Shown one piece after another: positions 39,713 through 53,394 of a stretch of 64,000 nucleotides of DNA (positions are counted from its first letter, which is position 1; every line of letters starts with the position of its first letter). The notes beneath the pieces were generated by a model, which searched no databases, was not told the DNA's origin, and saw only the letters and a list, made by a program, of their open reading frames with translations. A program made the translations under genes and the position numbers. This DNA is from Lama guanicoe (Eukaryota): positions 815,320-879,319 of the forward strand of contig MU053810.1 in the NCBI GenBank assembly GCA_013239625.1, given 5' to 3'.

Positions 39713-40677
39713 TTTAAATGTTTTTTATTGAATTATAGTCATTTTACAATGTTGTGTTAAGTGCCAGTGTAGAGCACAATTTTTCAGTTATACAAGAACA
39801 TACATATATTCATTGTCACCTTTTTTTCACTGTGAGCTACCGCAAGATCTTGTATATATTTCCCTGTGCTATACAGTATAAACTTGCTTATCTATTCTAC
39901 ATTTTGAAATCCCAGTCTGTCCCTTCCCATCCCCATCCCCTGGGCAACCACAAGTTTGTATTCTCTAAGTCTGTTTCTGTTTTGTATTTATGTTTTGTTT
40001 TGTTTTGTTTTTTAGATTCCACATATGAGTGACCTCATATGGTATTTTTCTTTCTCTTTCTGGCTTACTTCACTTAGAATGACATTCTCCAGGAACACCC
40101 ATGTTGCGTTGCATCTCTTTCTGGCTTACTTCACTTAGAATGACATTCTCCAGGAACACCCATGTTGCTGCAAATGGTGTTATGTTGTCAGTTTTTATGG
40201 TTGAGTAGTATTCCATTGTATAAATGTACCACATCTTCTTTAGCCAGTCATCTGTTGATGGACATTTAGGCTGTTTCCATGTCTTGGCTATTGTAAATAG
40301 TGCTGCTAGGAACATTGGGGTGCAGGTGTCATCCTGAAGTAGGGTTCCTTCTGGATATATGCCCAGGAGCGGGATTCCTGGGTCATACGGTAAGTCTATT
40401 CCTAGTCATTTGAGGAATCTCCGTGCTGTTTTCCGCAGTGGCTGCACCAAACTGCATTCCCACCAGCAGTGTAGGAGGGTTCCCTTTTCTCCACAGCCTC
40501 TCCAGCATTTGTCTTTTGTGGACTTTTGAATGATGGCCATTCTGACTGGTGTGAGGTGATACCTCATTGTCGTTTTGACTTGCATTTCTCTGATAATTAG
40601 TGATATTGAGCATTGTTTCCTGTGCCTATTGATCATTTGTATTTCTTCCTCGAAGAATTGCTTGTTTAGGTCTTTTG
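39713..40677 (-). mobile_element. Young 5'-truncated L1 (ORF2 C-terminus and 3' UTR) with an internal duplication
   Basis: ORF2 peptides [22 protein letters not shown] and MFLAALFTIAKTWKQPKCPSTDDW. 17-bp TSD with two mismatches: agaaggaaacttatttt (39696-39712) and agagggaaccttatttt (40678-40694). Confidence 0.96.
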
Positions 40678-41319
40678 AGAGGGAACCTTATTTTCAGGAT
40701 AAAATCTACTATTGGGCTGAGGGACAAAAGTTGTATAATTTGTATAGAGTTTGGTTTTGTATAGACATGGGAAGACGCTACAAGTGAAAGTAAACAACTC
40801 TTAGTGCATTTTTTTATGACTTGCATTGGAGCAAGTTTACAAAGATGTTACTGATTCTCAGTGTGTATCCAGTGTGGGTAGAAAAATAATACATTTACTT
40901 GACCAGAAATTTAAGGCAATACAGCAGCATGACTGTTTCTGTCGGCAAAGTCAGAGCCACACTTGTCACTTTTGCTGTTTGTCATTAGACCATGAAGAAA
41001 ATACCAACAACTGGCAAGATTTTAGAAACCGATGTGTGTTTTTCTGGATTCTTTCACAGTCCAAATGACCAGGACATCACTGGGAAAAGGGTTCAGTTCA
41101 TCTGATTGAAAGGGAGTATAGAAGGAGCATTAAGATGATTTCCTTTTCCGTTAGTGGGCTGCATTGTAATTTAAAAGCTAACTTTTGCTCACTAAGTTGA
41201 GCTATGGCCATCTATGACCAAAATGATAATGCTCATTTTTTAAAGGATTTAATTGGTGCAATGAAGTAAATTATAAATCACATGAGTTGCAAATTATGTC
41301 TAAATATAGCAGTAATTAT

Positions 41320-42200
41320 GTTCATTCATTCATTCATTTATGTAACTATTATTTTGAGTTTTTGAATGTAGACTCTATTCTGAGGGATATCGTGGTGAAC
41401 AAAACAAAGTCCTTATTCTCATGGAGCTCAAATTCTCATGGAGGGAGATATACACTAAACCAGTAAACATATACAAAATTTCAAATGTTGGTATGCCCAG
41501 TAAACAACAAAAAAATCAAATAAAAATTGAAAGAATGCTATAGGCAGATCTTTTTTGTTTAAGGTGATCTTAGAAACTCTTTCCAAGTCTGAGATGTTAG
41601 CATCAAGACCTGAAAAGGGAGGAGGCAACAGCTTGCAAATATGTGGAAGAACTTCTGTGTGAAAGAATCACAAGCACCAAGGTGTTGAGGTGGAGACATT
41701 CTGAATATTGTCCAGGGAAGCAAAGAAGCAGATGTGTTAGGGCAGAATAAATGGGGTTGGGAGTGACATGAGTTAAGAAGGCTAGTGGAAGTGCAGATGG
41801 TGTAGGACTTAGACCATTATCATGACTTTGACTTTTACTTAGTGCAAGATAAGAATCCATGACAGGGTTTCCACTACAGGAGAGACATGGTCAAGTTTGC
41901 TTTAAGGGAAGGACTCCGCAGTGTGGAAGATTGACCATATGGAGAAACAGATAATATAAAATGAGAAGGAAAAAAGAGAAACCAGTTAGAAACATCTGTA
42001 CAGCGGAGCAGCAATTATAGCTTCGAGGCAGTTGAAGTGGTCAGACTCAGTATTTATTTGAAAGGATGAGCTGATAGGTCTTCTGATGTGCTGAATGCGT
42101 GACGGGACGTTCAGTGAGAAGACAAGCATGACTGAGGCTTCTCCCCTGAGCAGCTGGTCAGAGAAGGTTACCATTTATTGAGATACAAAAGAGTGAGAGA
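41320..42200 (-). mobile_element. L2 LINE 3' region
   Basis: (TTCA)n tail, 'gtggtgaacaaaacaaagtcctt...ctcatggagct' and further antisense L2 motifs. Confidence 0.75.
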
Positions 42201-42209
42201 AGCTGCTTT

Positions 42210-42790
42210 TTTGGTCCATTTTGAGTTAATGTTTGAATATGGTGTAAGTCAAGGGGCCAACTTTATTCTTTTGCATGTGGCCATCTGGTTTTCTCAGCAC
42301 CATTTGTTGAAAAGACTGTCCTTTTCCCATTGAATGGTCTTGGAACCCTTGTTGAAACCATTTGACCACATTTGTGAGGGTTTATTTCTCAGTTTTCTGC
42401 TCACTCCCATTGGGATATATGTCTGTCCTTATGCCAGTACCACACTGTTTTGATTACTGTAGCTTTGTAGGACGTTTTGAAATCAGGAAGTGTGAGACCT
42501 CCAATTTTGTAGTTTTTTCCTAAAATTGTCATTTATATATGCACAATGTTGTGTAAGTTTTATATATATATGCATATATGCATGTATGATATGTATGATA
42601 TTGTATCTAACATTGTGTAAATTTAAGGTGTACACTATGATGCTTTGATATACGTATATATTGTAAAGTGATTACTACAGTATGGTTAGTTAATATAATT
42701 TGATGCTATTTTAAATAGGGAATTGTTTTCTTAATTTCCTATTGGGGTTGTTCATTGTTATTGTATAGATATGCAACTAATTGTTGAATT
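42210..42790 (-). mobile_element. Decayed L1 ORF2 fragments, interrupted
   Basis: 'cagcaccatttgttgaaaagactgtcc', 'ccagtaccacactgttttgattactgtagctttgtag', later 'ttgttcattgttattgtatagatatgcaacta'. Confidence 0.8.
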
Positions 42791-45700
42791 TGCCCCCCTC
42801 CATATATTATCTTAACATCCTGTAAAAGTAGTGTTCTAAGGAGCACAGTTTGGAAAATATTGCCCAAAGGGATATACAATTTTTTTGTTGTTGTTACAAA
42901 GTCTTTCTTTGAACTTAATTGCTTTTTCACGTCATTTCAAGAACTTTGCTTATGTAATTTTTAGCAGTTATGATGAATCATGTTCTTTTGTATTTTGAAG
43001 AACAAAAGCCTACAGAATTTGAATAATGTTCATGTTCCAAAGAAAGTTAATTTTTCCATCTGCCAGAATTTCCTAATTATTTACAGTTCACCAATTCAAG
43101 GGATAAAGTTCAAATTTAAGCTTTACTGCATGTGAAATGTATGACTTTGGACATCCTGCTTCATGATTCTGAGCTTAAGCTTCCTAAACCTGTAAGACAG
43201 AAAATCAATGCCAGACTTATTTTTATTGCAGTCAAAGGAAATTATGTGTATTTCACTTTGGAGAGTGTTTTAGGTTGGGGAATGAAGAATGTAGATTGTC
43301 TGTAGACTTTGCTCTTGGTTCTTTATGTTCTAAGTTATCATATTAAACTTTTAAAACCTGTATTTCTTTATTCATGGAAAAATGGAGACATGTATGCAGA
43401 TAGTATGGTCCAGTCAGACCATTCATCCATGTCTAGCATTTAGGCTCGACAGTGATACTAGGCTCATTCATTGCTCTGATACAGTCTGACAGCTGATGTC
43501 TGAGAGCACAAAAGTGGGTGCTACTTTCTGAGGTAGGGGAGTTAGAGAAGACATTTCTAAACATGATTTCCAGGAAACATTCTTTGAACAAACTAGCAGT
43601 GAGAAAGAATCAGATCCTTGCTTTGGGGTAGCAATCTTACCGTCCCTTCACTATAAAACACAATCATTTTTATATAGCCCAAAGTGCTGTGTAAGAATAA
43701 ACTCACTGATAAGGATGAGCAAAGTCAATGAAGTCATTGGCTGAAGAGACTTGGCCTGAGATCTTTTCTTTCCCTTATTCAAATCTGTGGAGCAGATTTG
43801 TGCCCACAGATTGTAATTTTTCTTGTCTTTAATCTCGGCTCTCTTGAGAAGTTTAAACTACCTTCTTATCACTAGCCTTAGAGGTGGCATCGCTCTTATC
43901 TGCATGATGATAATGTTCCCTCTGCTGAACGGAAAATGGTTGTGGTCATTTCCCAAAGGGCTTACTTCCTAAGCAGGAAAGACCATTCTGTGTGTGAAAA
44001 ACTCTTAAATGGGAAATGCCAACAGAATGTGGTTCCTTATCCCTTAAATCTGGTTGGAGATAAGAAGAAAGGGAAAGAGATGTTGGTTCTCTGAGAAGTC
44101 ATGGTTATCAGAGGTGGTGTCACACTTGCATCTGTCCAGGTGTTGTCCCTGTATTTTGAGGTGCCTGGTATCCTGCAGGCAGCCCTGTCCTTTGCTCAGG
44201 CTCAGTCAGAGGGCAGGATTCCACATCATCAGTTCATCCCACTGGCCAAAGCCCTTAGTCCCAGGAGGGTCCCAATAGTTGGTTGTCTCTGTCAAAACCA
44301 CAAATACTCAAGAACGCATCCATCCTTTCATTCTTTTATTCATTGATTTACATATTTGCTCATCAACATTTATGTACTGAGCACAAGGTGTAAGGCATTT
44401 CTGGGGATACAGAGATGGAAAAAGAATTTATGCCCTCAAGGGATGCTCAGTCCATTGAGCTGATACACATATATGTAACTTTACTACAGTATGACTATTT
44501 TAGGAGCACAGAGGAAGGACACCTTACCCACGTGGTGGAGGGAGAAGGTTACACTTGAGATTAAAAGATAAATGTACTTTCCCCAGTTTAAGGAGTAGGG
44601 AGAAATTCCAGGCATAGGAGGTATCTTATGCAAAAGCACAGGACCAGGAGGACACAAAGTAATTTGATGTTGTTGCTGGAGGATGGACACTGCTCAGGCT
44701 GTTTACCCTGAATCTCTGCTATGCGTGGCCAGGCTGCTGCCTGGTCCGAGTCCATGAAGGGGCAGGTGCTTCCTCTTCCCCATCTCCAGGGCACGAGCAC
44801 CCAGCAGCAGTCGGGGGTTGAGCCTGATGACTTGGCAGATGGCAGGGTTGTGTGGTCTCTGTCCAGCTCCACTTCCAGAAAGTGGCTGTTATCTTGCTTT
44901 GATCACCTCATATGAATCTCCTGGAGTGATCAGACTTCTTGTTACAACTTTCTTGGCCCCTGCGTCACCGGCTGGTCTGCACATCTCTTTCGCCATGACA
45001 CTGAGATGAAATCTTCATCCCTGCTGAGGCTAGCTCAGCCTCCTTCCTGCGTTTGCTGCTCTGCAGTGACTCCCTGCAGGCCTCCCGTGAGGCTGAATGT
45101 CCTCCTTATTGTCCCATAATGGCCAGCTGCTGGACACAGTCCCCTTCTTCCATTTCCATCTGGGTCTTCACAGGGAGAGAAAAAGAGATTGTTCCTGAAA
45201 TGAGTTATAGTTCAAAACTATTAGGAAAATCAAGGACATAGAGGGGCTATAGATAGCCAACAGGAAAATAAACAGTAGTGAAGAAGAGAAAACAAGTGCT
45301 AAAAATAGTAGGTGGTATAGTCTTGATATATATTATTGAAATATATATGATTGGAATGGTGGTTCCAGTGACACTCTCCTACAGAGAAAAGGCTAGAGAG
45401 AGGATGTGAGGAGACTCTCACAACTGCAGCCCCCAGACAGCAGCTAGGGTGCAGGCATGAAATTCTGCTGGAGAGAAGCCATCAGATGGGGGAGACCAAC
45501 TTGAGGCACCCTGTGGGTGCCCCTCCAGAGATCAAGGCTTTGACTCTCCTGTCGTTGAAGACTGGTAACTCAATTTTGCATAACAGGAAGGTCTAAAGAA
45601 GCAGAGCACTGTATAAAGCAAAGATGGCATACAGACGTTAGCTCCACACCCACACCCATGACAGACATCACTAATCGATGGTGCCAGCCCTCCTGCTGAG

Positions 45701-48700
45701 CACGTACTCAGCTTCGTTGTCTTTCTCAACACAGCCCTGCAGGCAGCTACTTGTGATGTCACAGACTTAACTTCCTCCTCATTCCCAGTGCAGAGAAATG
45801 AGCACCAAGTGTGGAGTCCAAGACCCTTGGGGCTTAATTTTGCTTTTGTCCGTGAACATTACACTTAGCCTCTTTAAGTCTTACTCTCCTATCTGTTAAA
45901 AAGAATGAATATTCCTATGTCCCATATTTGCCTGCTCTGGGCTTGTCCCTCTCCATCTTTTGTTAGCAAGGGATCAGCTGCTTCCTAGAAGCCAGCTGTG
46001 AAATGTCTTCCAAACCAAACCAAAAAGAACAGATGTTTAGAGACACTTTGCTCCCCACTACTCCTTGGGCCCAGGCCTTCATTCATACCTGCTCCTGGGG
46101 GAGGAGAAAACCACTCAGATTCTCCCACCTCCACTCCCAGGTCCTGCTTCCGGAGTAGGGATGGAGCAGGCGGGGTTGGAAAGCCACTTCTGGCTGCTCC
46201 CAGTCTTTTGGCCAGCCAGGTCACTGTCCCCTGTCTCCTGAGATGCAGCTGGGGATGGAGACTGGAGATGGGGAAGCAATAGCCTGCCCAAGTGGTCTCT
46301 GCTATGCTCCACTCCATTTATTAGCCTGTCGCTCTCCTCCGAAAAACACGTCAATCACTGTGAGCCCCAAGCTCTTCTCTCTCTCTGCCTGGGACCAGGG
46401 AAACAGGAGGCCAAAGAATACTGAACACAAGACTTCTCCATCTTATCTGCCCTCCCTCCTCTGTCTGCTTCCTGAGACAGGCATAAAGCACGGAGCCAGC
46501 AGTGTGTGCAAACAAGCACTCACACGAGCCAGGACTCACCCGCGGTCAGAAGCTCCAAAATCCTGCTCTAGGATTTGGTCAGGAGGGCACCCGAATCCCT
46601 CTCTACCTTCATTTTAAAGCCTCCAAGAAAATAGATTCTCGCACCTTTAGCTGTCCTTTCAGAGCTGGCTCAAGCATGAAGCCTCTGTGAAGCCCACCAG
46701 AGCCCCCCTCTCCTTCCCTAGAGTCCCGCTTCCCTTGTGCCCCCAATTGTACTAGGAACGCATCATTTCTAGAACTTACAATATTTCAGTTTTTGCCACA
46801 TATCTATCTCCTCAACTACGTTGTGCCATTTGTATCTAAAACCACTACCCTTACCACAATGTTGCACATATTAGATACTTGTTGATGGGGGATGGGTGGG
46901 TGGGTGGATGGATGGATGGAGGAAGGAAGGAAAACCTCCCTAGCTCTTCCTTGGCCTCTAAGAAGTAATAGTCTCACTCCCTCAGCATTCATAACCGTGT
47001 TGGTCTATATATTTATATGTATTCAAGTATTACGGTACTTGATAAGCAAGTATCTTCCTCCTTTTAATGGAGCCTCTTTGAGGGTAGAAAGAAAATTGAG
47101 AATTTTGGAAAAATCTGCAAAAGCCCCATTTTCTCCACAGAAGGCCTGCAGGCACTCCTGACGAGCCCACATGGACTCTCCTGGGCATCTCAGTTTCAGA
47201 ATCCTGTCTTGCTGGTCTAGACAGAGACCAGCACTTTTGTCCCTGCACACGTGGCCCTGGGTTCATTACGACAGTGGGAAATAAATGGGCGTCTGCCCCA
47301 CATTGATTCTCATGGGCCATTTCTGAGGACCTCTCACTCCATTTTTGTCCAAAATAAACACTTGTTCACAAAGCAAGTGGCTGCGGGCTCCAGGATTTAT
47401 GCTGATGATAAACAGGTCCCCATTTGGGGCTGAGCTCTTCTGTCTTGAAAACAGTGTGTCATGTCGAACTGAGAGTTCTCCGGACAGTGTCCCCGACAGG
47501 AAGTCCTGGGCTGCTTGGGGGGCAACCCCAGAACCTGGCAGAGGTACCTGCCTTGTACCCACCCCGCCAAGAGGGGCAGGGATTCTGTGTGCAGCTGCTG
47601 GAAAGAGATGTCCCCAGACCTCATGAATCTGAGGGCCTCGTCGGCTGAACCCACCAGCACAGTCTGCAGCCCGAGGCCCGGGGCGGGGAGCAGGCGGGGC
47701 TCACCCTTCTCCGCAGTGTAAAAGCAAGGAGGTTGAACTTTATTTTTATTGATCATGGCTTCTCTAGACCTTTACTATCATTTAACTCTCACTTCTAACC
47801 AAATTCTCTTTACCTCTTTTTGCCAACTTCGCTGCCCCAAACCGTTTTTTTTTTTCTCACACCGTAAACACATTTCCATTTGAATGCACAGCCATCCACT
47901 GCCGGAGCCCTCTCTGTGTTTATTTTTCTTCCCACCCAAAAGCATCCTCATTGTGGAGAATTAAAGGAAGAGGTGGACTGGAAGGGGTTAAACTAACCCA
48001 CAAAATAAATATTGCAAGTTCTTACTTTCTGGAATGAATTCAAGAGGTGAGCCATACATCTAATCTGAAACTGTGGTTAATTCAAAGACAATTTCCTTCG
48101 AGTTTTGAGTGAGTTGGGGGTCATGCCATAAGTAAGTGAAAAGACAGTCAGGTGTCTAGATTATCCGGGGATTCTGAATGTTTAAAATAAAATGAAAAAT
48201 GAACATTAAATATAAAATAAATAATAAATTAAAGAATAAAGTCACGACTCAAAAGCTAATCTTCCAAAGTTTCTTTCCTCACCCTTATTTGGCCCCACTT
48301 CATGCTGGGAGCGGACCCCGGGCAAAGAATCATGTAAAGAAACAGCCAAAATGGGTGCGCCCTCCACCCCTCTGAACCCCCTTGGTATCTGATTTACCTT
48401 CTAATTAGGATAAAAATGTGCTACGTCCTGATTAGGAGGAAATCTGAAGGCCCCCTTCCCTCTCCTGCTGAACTCTGAGTTAGGCCGGATAAGGCAGACT
48501 TTTTGGTGCTGGAAGGCTCACACACTTCTCCCCACACATTGTCAGGAGCGCTATCAACCCTCCTTTACCTTCACTTCCTCAGGCTGCTGTGTTTTCAGGC
48601 TCCCCGGAGCACACGGGCAGAACCCCACATCACCCGTGCAGTGGTGGAGCGGGACGTGGCGGGGTGCCAGCAGAAAGCAACACCGTGCTTTCATTCAGCT

Positions 48701-49497
48701 ATAGCTCCTTTAAGCATTTTTCTGTCCCACCTACTGGAGAACCTCTCAGAAAAACCTCAGAGTTTGGGAAGTAATTCTCAGATTAAAAGAAAAAAAATCC
48801 AGGTCAATCTAATACTAGAGCCCCCAGTTCTCATCCTATTGAAGACTCCCATCCCCCAGCGTGGGCTGCTCCAGCTGGACCCTTGAGGAGTGGGGAGCAG
48901 GGGTGGGCAGTTTCCTCGCTATGTTCTCACTCTACCTCGTCCTCTAGTCATTGGCTAGTGCTGTGGCCACCCACCAGAGTCAGTAGGGTGGAGATGGGAG
49001 CAGAAAGAAAGGCCAGGGAAGGTCTCATGTGACTTGAAGGATGGTGGCAGATTTCAAATGCCAAGCCTTTCTTTTGTCAGAAGCTCACGTGTGTTCTCTC
49101 ACCTGCAGTTTTCTTGATGTGGGTGACATCTCCTCTGTTAGTTGCTTAGGACCCCCATGTCCTCCAGTCCTGTGACTGAGGGCACATCCCAGCCTCTCCA
49201 GACATGATACCTTCAGGGTTCCTGGCATTCCTCTGTGCGGTCCACGCCAGCCCAGAGGATGGAAGGTCCCTCCATGCCCTGCCGGACTCTAGGAAAGGGC
49301 CACTTAGCCCTCTCTGCCCAGCCTCCTCAGGCCCGCCAGCCACAGCCTCTCACCTTGAGACCTTCTCAGGCCTCAGCCAACCTCTTGCATGGCCCTCTTC
49401 CAACTCCTTTGTCTGACTGGGTGGGAGGGAAGCAGCCTCCTTCCCTCTCCCATGGCCGGGGGTGGGACCCAGCCCACTGACAGCTCACTCTAGAGAA

Positions 49498-49513
49498 AGC
49501 CACCTAGCGGCCC
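49498..49513 (-). promoter_or_regulatory. Candidate CTCF site
   Basis: Minus strand reads GGCCGCTAGGTGGCT, close to the CTCF core CCASYAGRKGGCR. Motif match only. Confidence 0.4.
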
Positions 49514-49749
49514 TGCCAGCCTCTCCACATCCCATCTTTATACCCTTGAGGTGGATGAGAGGGTAAAAGTTACACAGCCAATTTCCCCAAGCTTCACCCT
49601 GGGGGGAGGGGAAGGCAGAGCCCACGGCTTTGGACCCCCCACCACGCCTGCTTCACAGGGGAACTTAGCCAGCTGACTGCTCACCCCAGCGTGGGAGGGC
49701 TGAACTTCTTGGGATCACTCACTCATTCACCTACAAACTTTCTTTAAGC

Positions 49750-50075
49750 CCTTAGTCAGCTAGGACTGCCGTAACAAAATACCATAGACTGCGTGGCTTA
49801 AACAGTAGAAATTTATTTCTCACAGTTCTTGGGGCTGAGAAATCCAAGATCAAGGTGCCAGCAAGGTAGGTTTCATTCTGAGGCCTCTTTTCTTGACTTG
49901 ATGGCAGCTGCCATCTTGCTATGTGCTCACATGTGGGGTGGGGGGTGGGGGATGCATAATCCCATCATGAGGGTCCTGCCCTCCTCACCTCATCTAACCC
50001 TAATTATCTCCCAAAGACCTCATCTCCAAATACCAGCACACTGGGGGTTAGATCTGCTGCATATGAATTTGGGGG
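49750..50075 (-). mobile_element. MaLR LTR (MLT1A/B-like)
   Basis: 'ctgccgtaacaaaataccatagactgcgtggcttaaacagtagaaatttatttctcacagttct...tccaagatcaaggtgccagca'. Confidence 0.88.
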
Positions 50076-51540
50076 TGGGTGTCCATGTGCTGTGCAGGGT
50101 GCTGAGGATAAGTGCTTCCACAAAGCTTGCCCTCTCTTGCTCCCCGTTTTGGAGGAAAGACCATGTGTAGATAAATAATTGCACATCAGTATGAGAGATG
50201 CAAAGTGACAGCCCAGGGGAGAACCGGTGGAGGGAGCTGCCAGCAAGTCCGCATCCTTAGGGTGGGCTGCGAGGAGACGGGGGACCCCAGGGGCCAGACA
50301 GCTGGGTGTCTGGGGAGCCTGTGGAGAACATTCACCCATCTTCCTCTTCACAGGATAGGGGGAGCCCTTGAGGGGCTGCTTCTTGGTAGGAACACATGCC
50401 CAGGTGTGGACATTCTGATACAAAACCAGGATGACTTCTAACTGGTGCTGATTGAACACCTGCCATATGGCTGGACTGGGCCAGGGCTTTCCCCATTCTT
50501 TCGCAACAAACCTGGAAATGGGGAAACTTACCTCTATTCTATAGGTAAATAAACCAACGTTGAAATGTAGAAGTAGGTCTCTGAATCCAGGAAGTAAACA
50601 CACTTCCAGCCTAAGAGAAGGCTGCAGGCCATCTGGGGGAACAGCTCCCTAATCTTTAGCTCCTAGCACCTGCGGGGTTTGTCACCAAGAGGTTTCCACC
50701 CACTCCCAGCTTTCTCCTCGAAATGTCATAACCCCAAGCTCTCTCCAGAACACAGGTCTGCTAGTGTGCAGCTGGCCCTAGGCAGAAAGAACTGGGGAGA
50801 TACTGGGGCAAGAGGGGTACAGTGTGAGACGGGGCCGAGGGGCTGTTGTTTTTTTGTTGTTGTTGTTTTTGTTAAAAAATAGATTTATTGTTTTAATTCC
50901 TGTAGACATTTTTATTTCTTTTTTTTATTGTGGGGAAAAACATTCAACATGAGATCTACCCTCTTAAAACTGTGTGAGATAGGCCTGGGGTCAGAGATGT
51001 GGAGACAGGGATGCCTGTGCACAATTCAAAGACAGGGCTTTCAAGTCAGCGTGGGCCCAACAATATAGAGTTGCCCATGCCAAGTGCCTGGGGCTCTGTC
51101 AGGGACAGTGAATGCCACAGAGTGCCAGAATTGGAGATTGGAGTAGTCAAGGAGGGCTTCCTGGAGGAGGTGAGACTTGACCTGGGATTTATAGAATGGG
51201 TAGGATTAAAATAGGTGGAGGGGACAGAGAGGAGTCTTCACCAGTGTTATGAGTAAGTACTGAAATGTACAAGGTGGTGATGGGTGAGGGAGGAGTGACT
51301 CATTTGGCCAAGGGATCAACTGACAGTCAGTTTGGGCTTGAAAACCAGGCTAAGGAGCTTGAACCTTATTTCCTAGGTAGTGGGGAGCTATTGAAAATGT
51401 GCTTTGTGCACAGGAAGGAGGTAATTGAAGTGATATCTAAGCTCCAAGAGGCCTTTGGCAGGCATGTGGGGAGGACTGGTGGAATGGAGTCTGGGGGTGG
51501 ACAGGTCCTCAAGTGGCAGCAAGGCTGGGTATTAAAGACA

Positions 51541-51910
51541 AGCCAGAAAGAGAAAGAAAAATACTATAAGATATCACTTATATGTGGAATCTGAAAAAAA
51601 AAGAGGACAAATGAACTTATTTACAAAACAGGCTCACAGACATAGAAAACAAACTTATGATTACCAAGGGGCAAGGGGATAGGAAGGGATAAATTGGGGG
51701 TTCGAGATTTGCAGATACTGACTACTATATATAAAATAGATAAAAAACAAGCTTAGGGGACTATATTTAATATCTTGTAGTAACTTATAATGAAAAAGAA
51801 TATGAAAATGAATATATGTATGTATATATATTATTGAACTATTATGTTCTACACCAGAAATTGACACAACATTGGATACTGACTATGCTTCAATTTAAAA
51901 AAACCAAAAA
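51541..51910 (+). mobile_element. L1 3' UTR fragment
   Basis: 'gatatcacttatatgtggaatct...cacagacatagaaaacaaacttatg...acaccagaaattgacacaacattg' followed by an A-rich tail. Confidence 0.92.
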
Positions 51911-53394
51911 AGACAGCAGGAAGGAGGAGTCCTCAAGCCTCAGGGTAACCCCATCAGGACCTTATCCCTAGCCAGACAGCTTCCAGGGAAGGGCTCGGAC
52001 TCTGCAGGACCGAATAGTCCTAGGCTTCGCTGTCAGCAGACTGCGGCTCCCACCTAATGGGGAGCTGGCATCACTCTAGCACTTCGTGTTCATGCAACTC
52101 CTGCCCTCTCCTGTGCAATCATTTCCAGTGAGAAGACTCTTATGAGGCTCCTGCCAGAGAGGCTGAGCCCATATGGGGTTCCTCCCCATCACTGGGGTGC
52201 CAAGCAAAGCTCACAGGGTGAACCCACGAGAGGTCAGGAAGGAGACGAGTCCCCTGAGAGGGGCAGGGGGAGAGGCCAACTTCTTTCTTCCAAGTGACTT
52301 CGTCAGTCCTGCCACCCTACCTGACTCCTAGATCCACCCTGGGCTCAGCCCCAGAAAGTTCAAGTTCCGGCTGCAATAAGGCAAGATGCAAACAAGCCAA
52401 GAGTTGCGGCCGAGAGGAGTGGCCCATCCATCTCTGCCAGGAGTCCATGTGGAGAGCACTAAGGAGGGGCTGCCCCCAGTGATTGATGGTGTTTCCAGGT
52501 TAACTGAGCTGGACTTGGCCTCTTTGGACTGATCTATGATCCAGGGACAGTTTTAAAGTATGTGGCTTTCTGGCGCTGGATTATCAAAAAGAGTTAAAAT
52601 TGAAGTAGTCACTCAAAGCACCGCCATCTGTCATGGGTTGCTGCTGGGGCTTCTGCAAGTAGGACAGGGAGGTGGGTGCTACACCTTTGTCCCCTTTGTC
52701 CCCTGTCATTCCCTGCAGCATCGGATACTTCCATTGTCCTCTTTGGTGCCCCCAGGGCACCTGCAGCTAATGCTCTGCACTGGGCAGAAAAGAGTGGAAG
52801 CTTGGGGCAGAAGTGGGGGAAGCAGTGTGTGTCTCAAGCCCTGGACCCTTAGACACTCTACTGACTGCCACAGGCGGGGGCCCGGGGGACATACTTGGAT
52901 GTACACACCTGTGTGCACACCCAGACATACATGTGCACACGCAGCATGCTCCTCTTTCCCTCCAGCTCCGCCTAGTGCTCTCCCAGCCTCCCTGACTCCA
53001 TGCCTGCCAATCTCACCCTCAGTGCCCTCCATGGTCACAGAGCCTCCCCAGTGGCCAGGCTGGGTACCTGGCCCCAGGAGTTGTAGCCGCCTCCTCTTCT
53101 CATCTGGCACCTTCCACCATGCTTCCCCCTCTCAGCACGGGCAGTGTCACATTTATATTTATCTAACGTCTGCCTTCCTGCTGGGCTCCAAGACATCAAG
53201 GAGTCCTCCCATGGCGGGGGGTGCAGGGAGGTGAGTGGTGCTGGGATGTCTCCCATGCTAAATCCCACTCACCTCTGCCCAGGCTTGGACAAAGCTGGTG
53301 GGATGGCCTCTGGAGCTTCTGAGCCCACGGTGGTCTCTGTCTTCTTCAGACACTAAGATCAGGCCCCAAGAGTAGCATGGCCTCTCACCTCCCT

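Noticed and set aside
40070..40636. ORFs with clear protein-like sequence
   Set aside because: They are the L1 ORF2 C-terminus of a 5'-truncated, non-autonomous copy, not a host gene.
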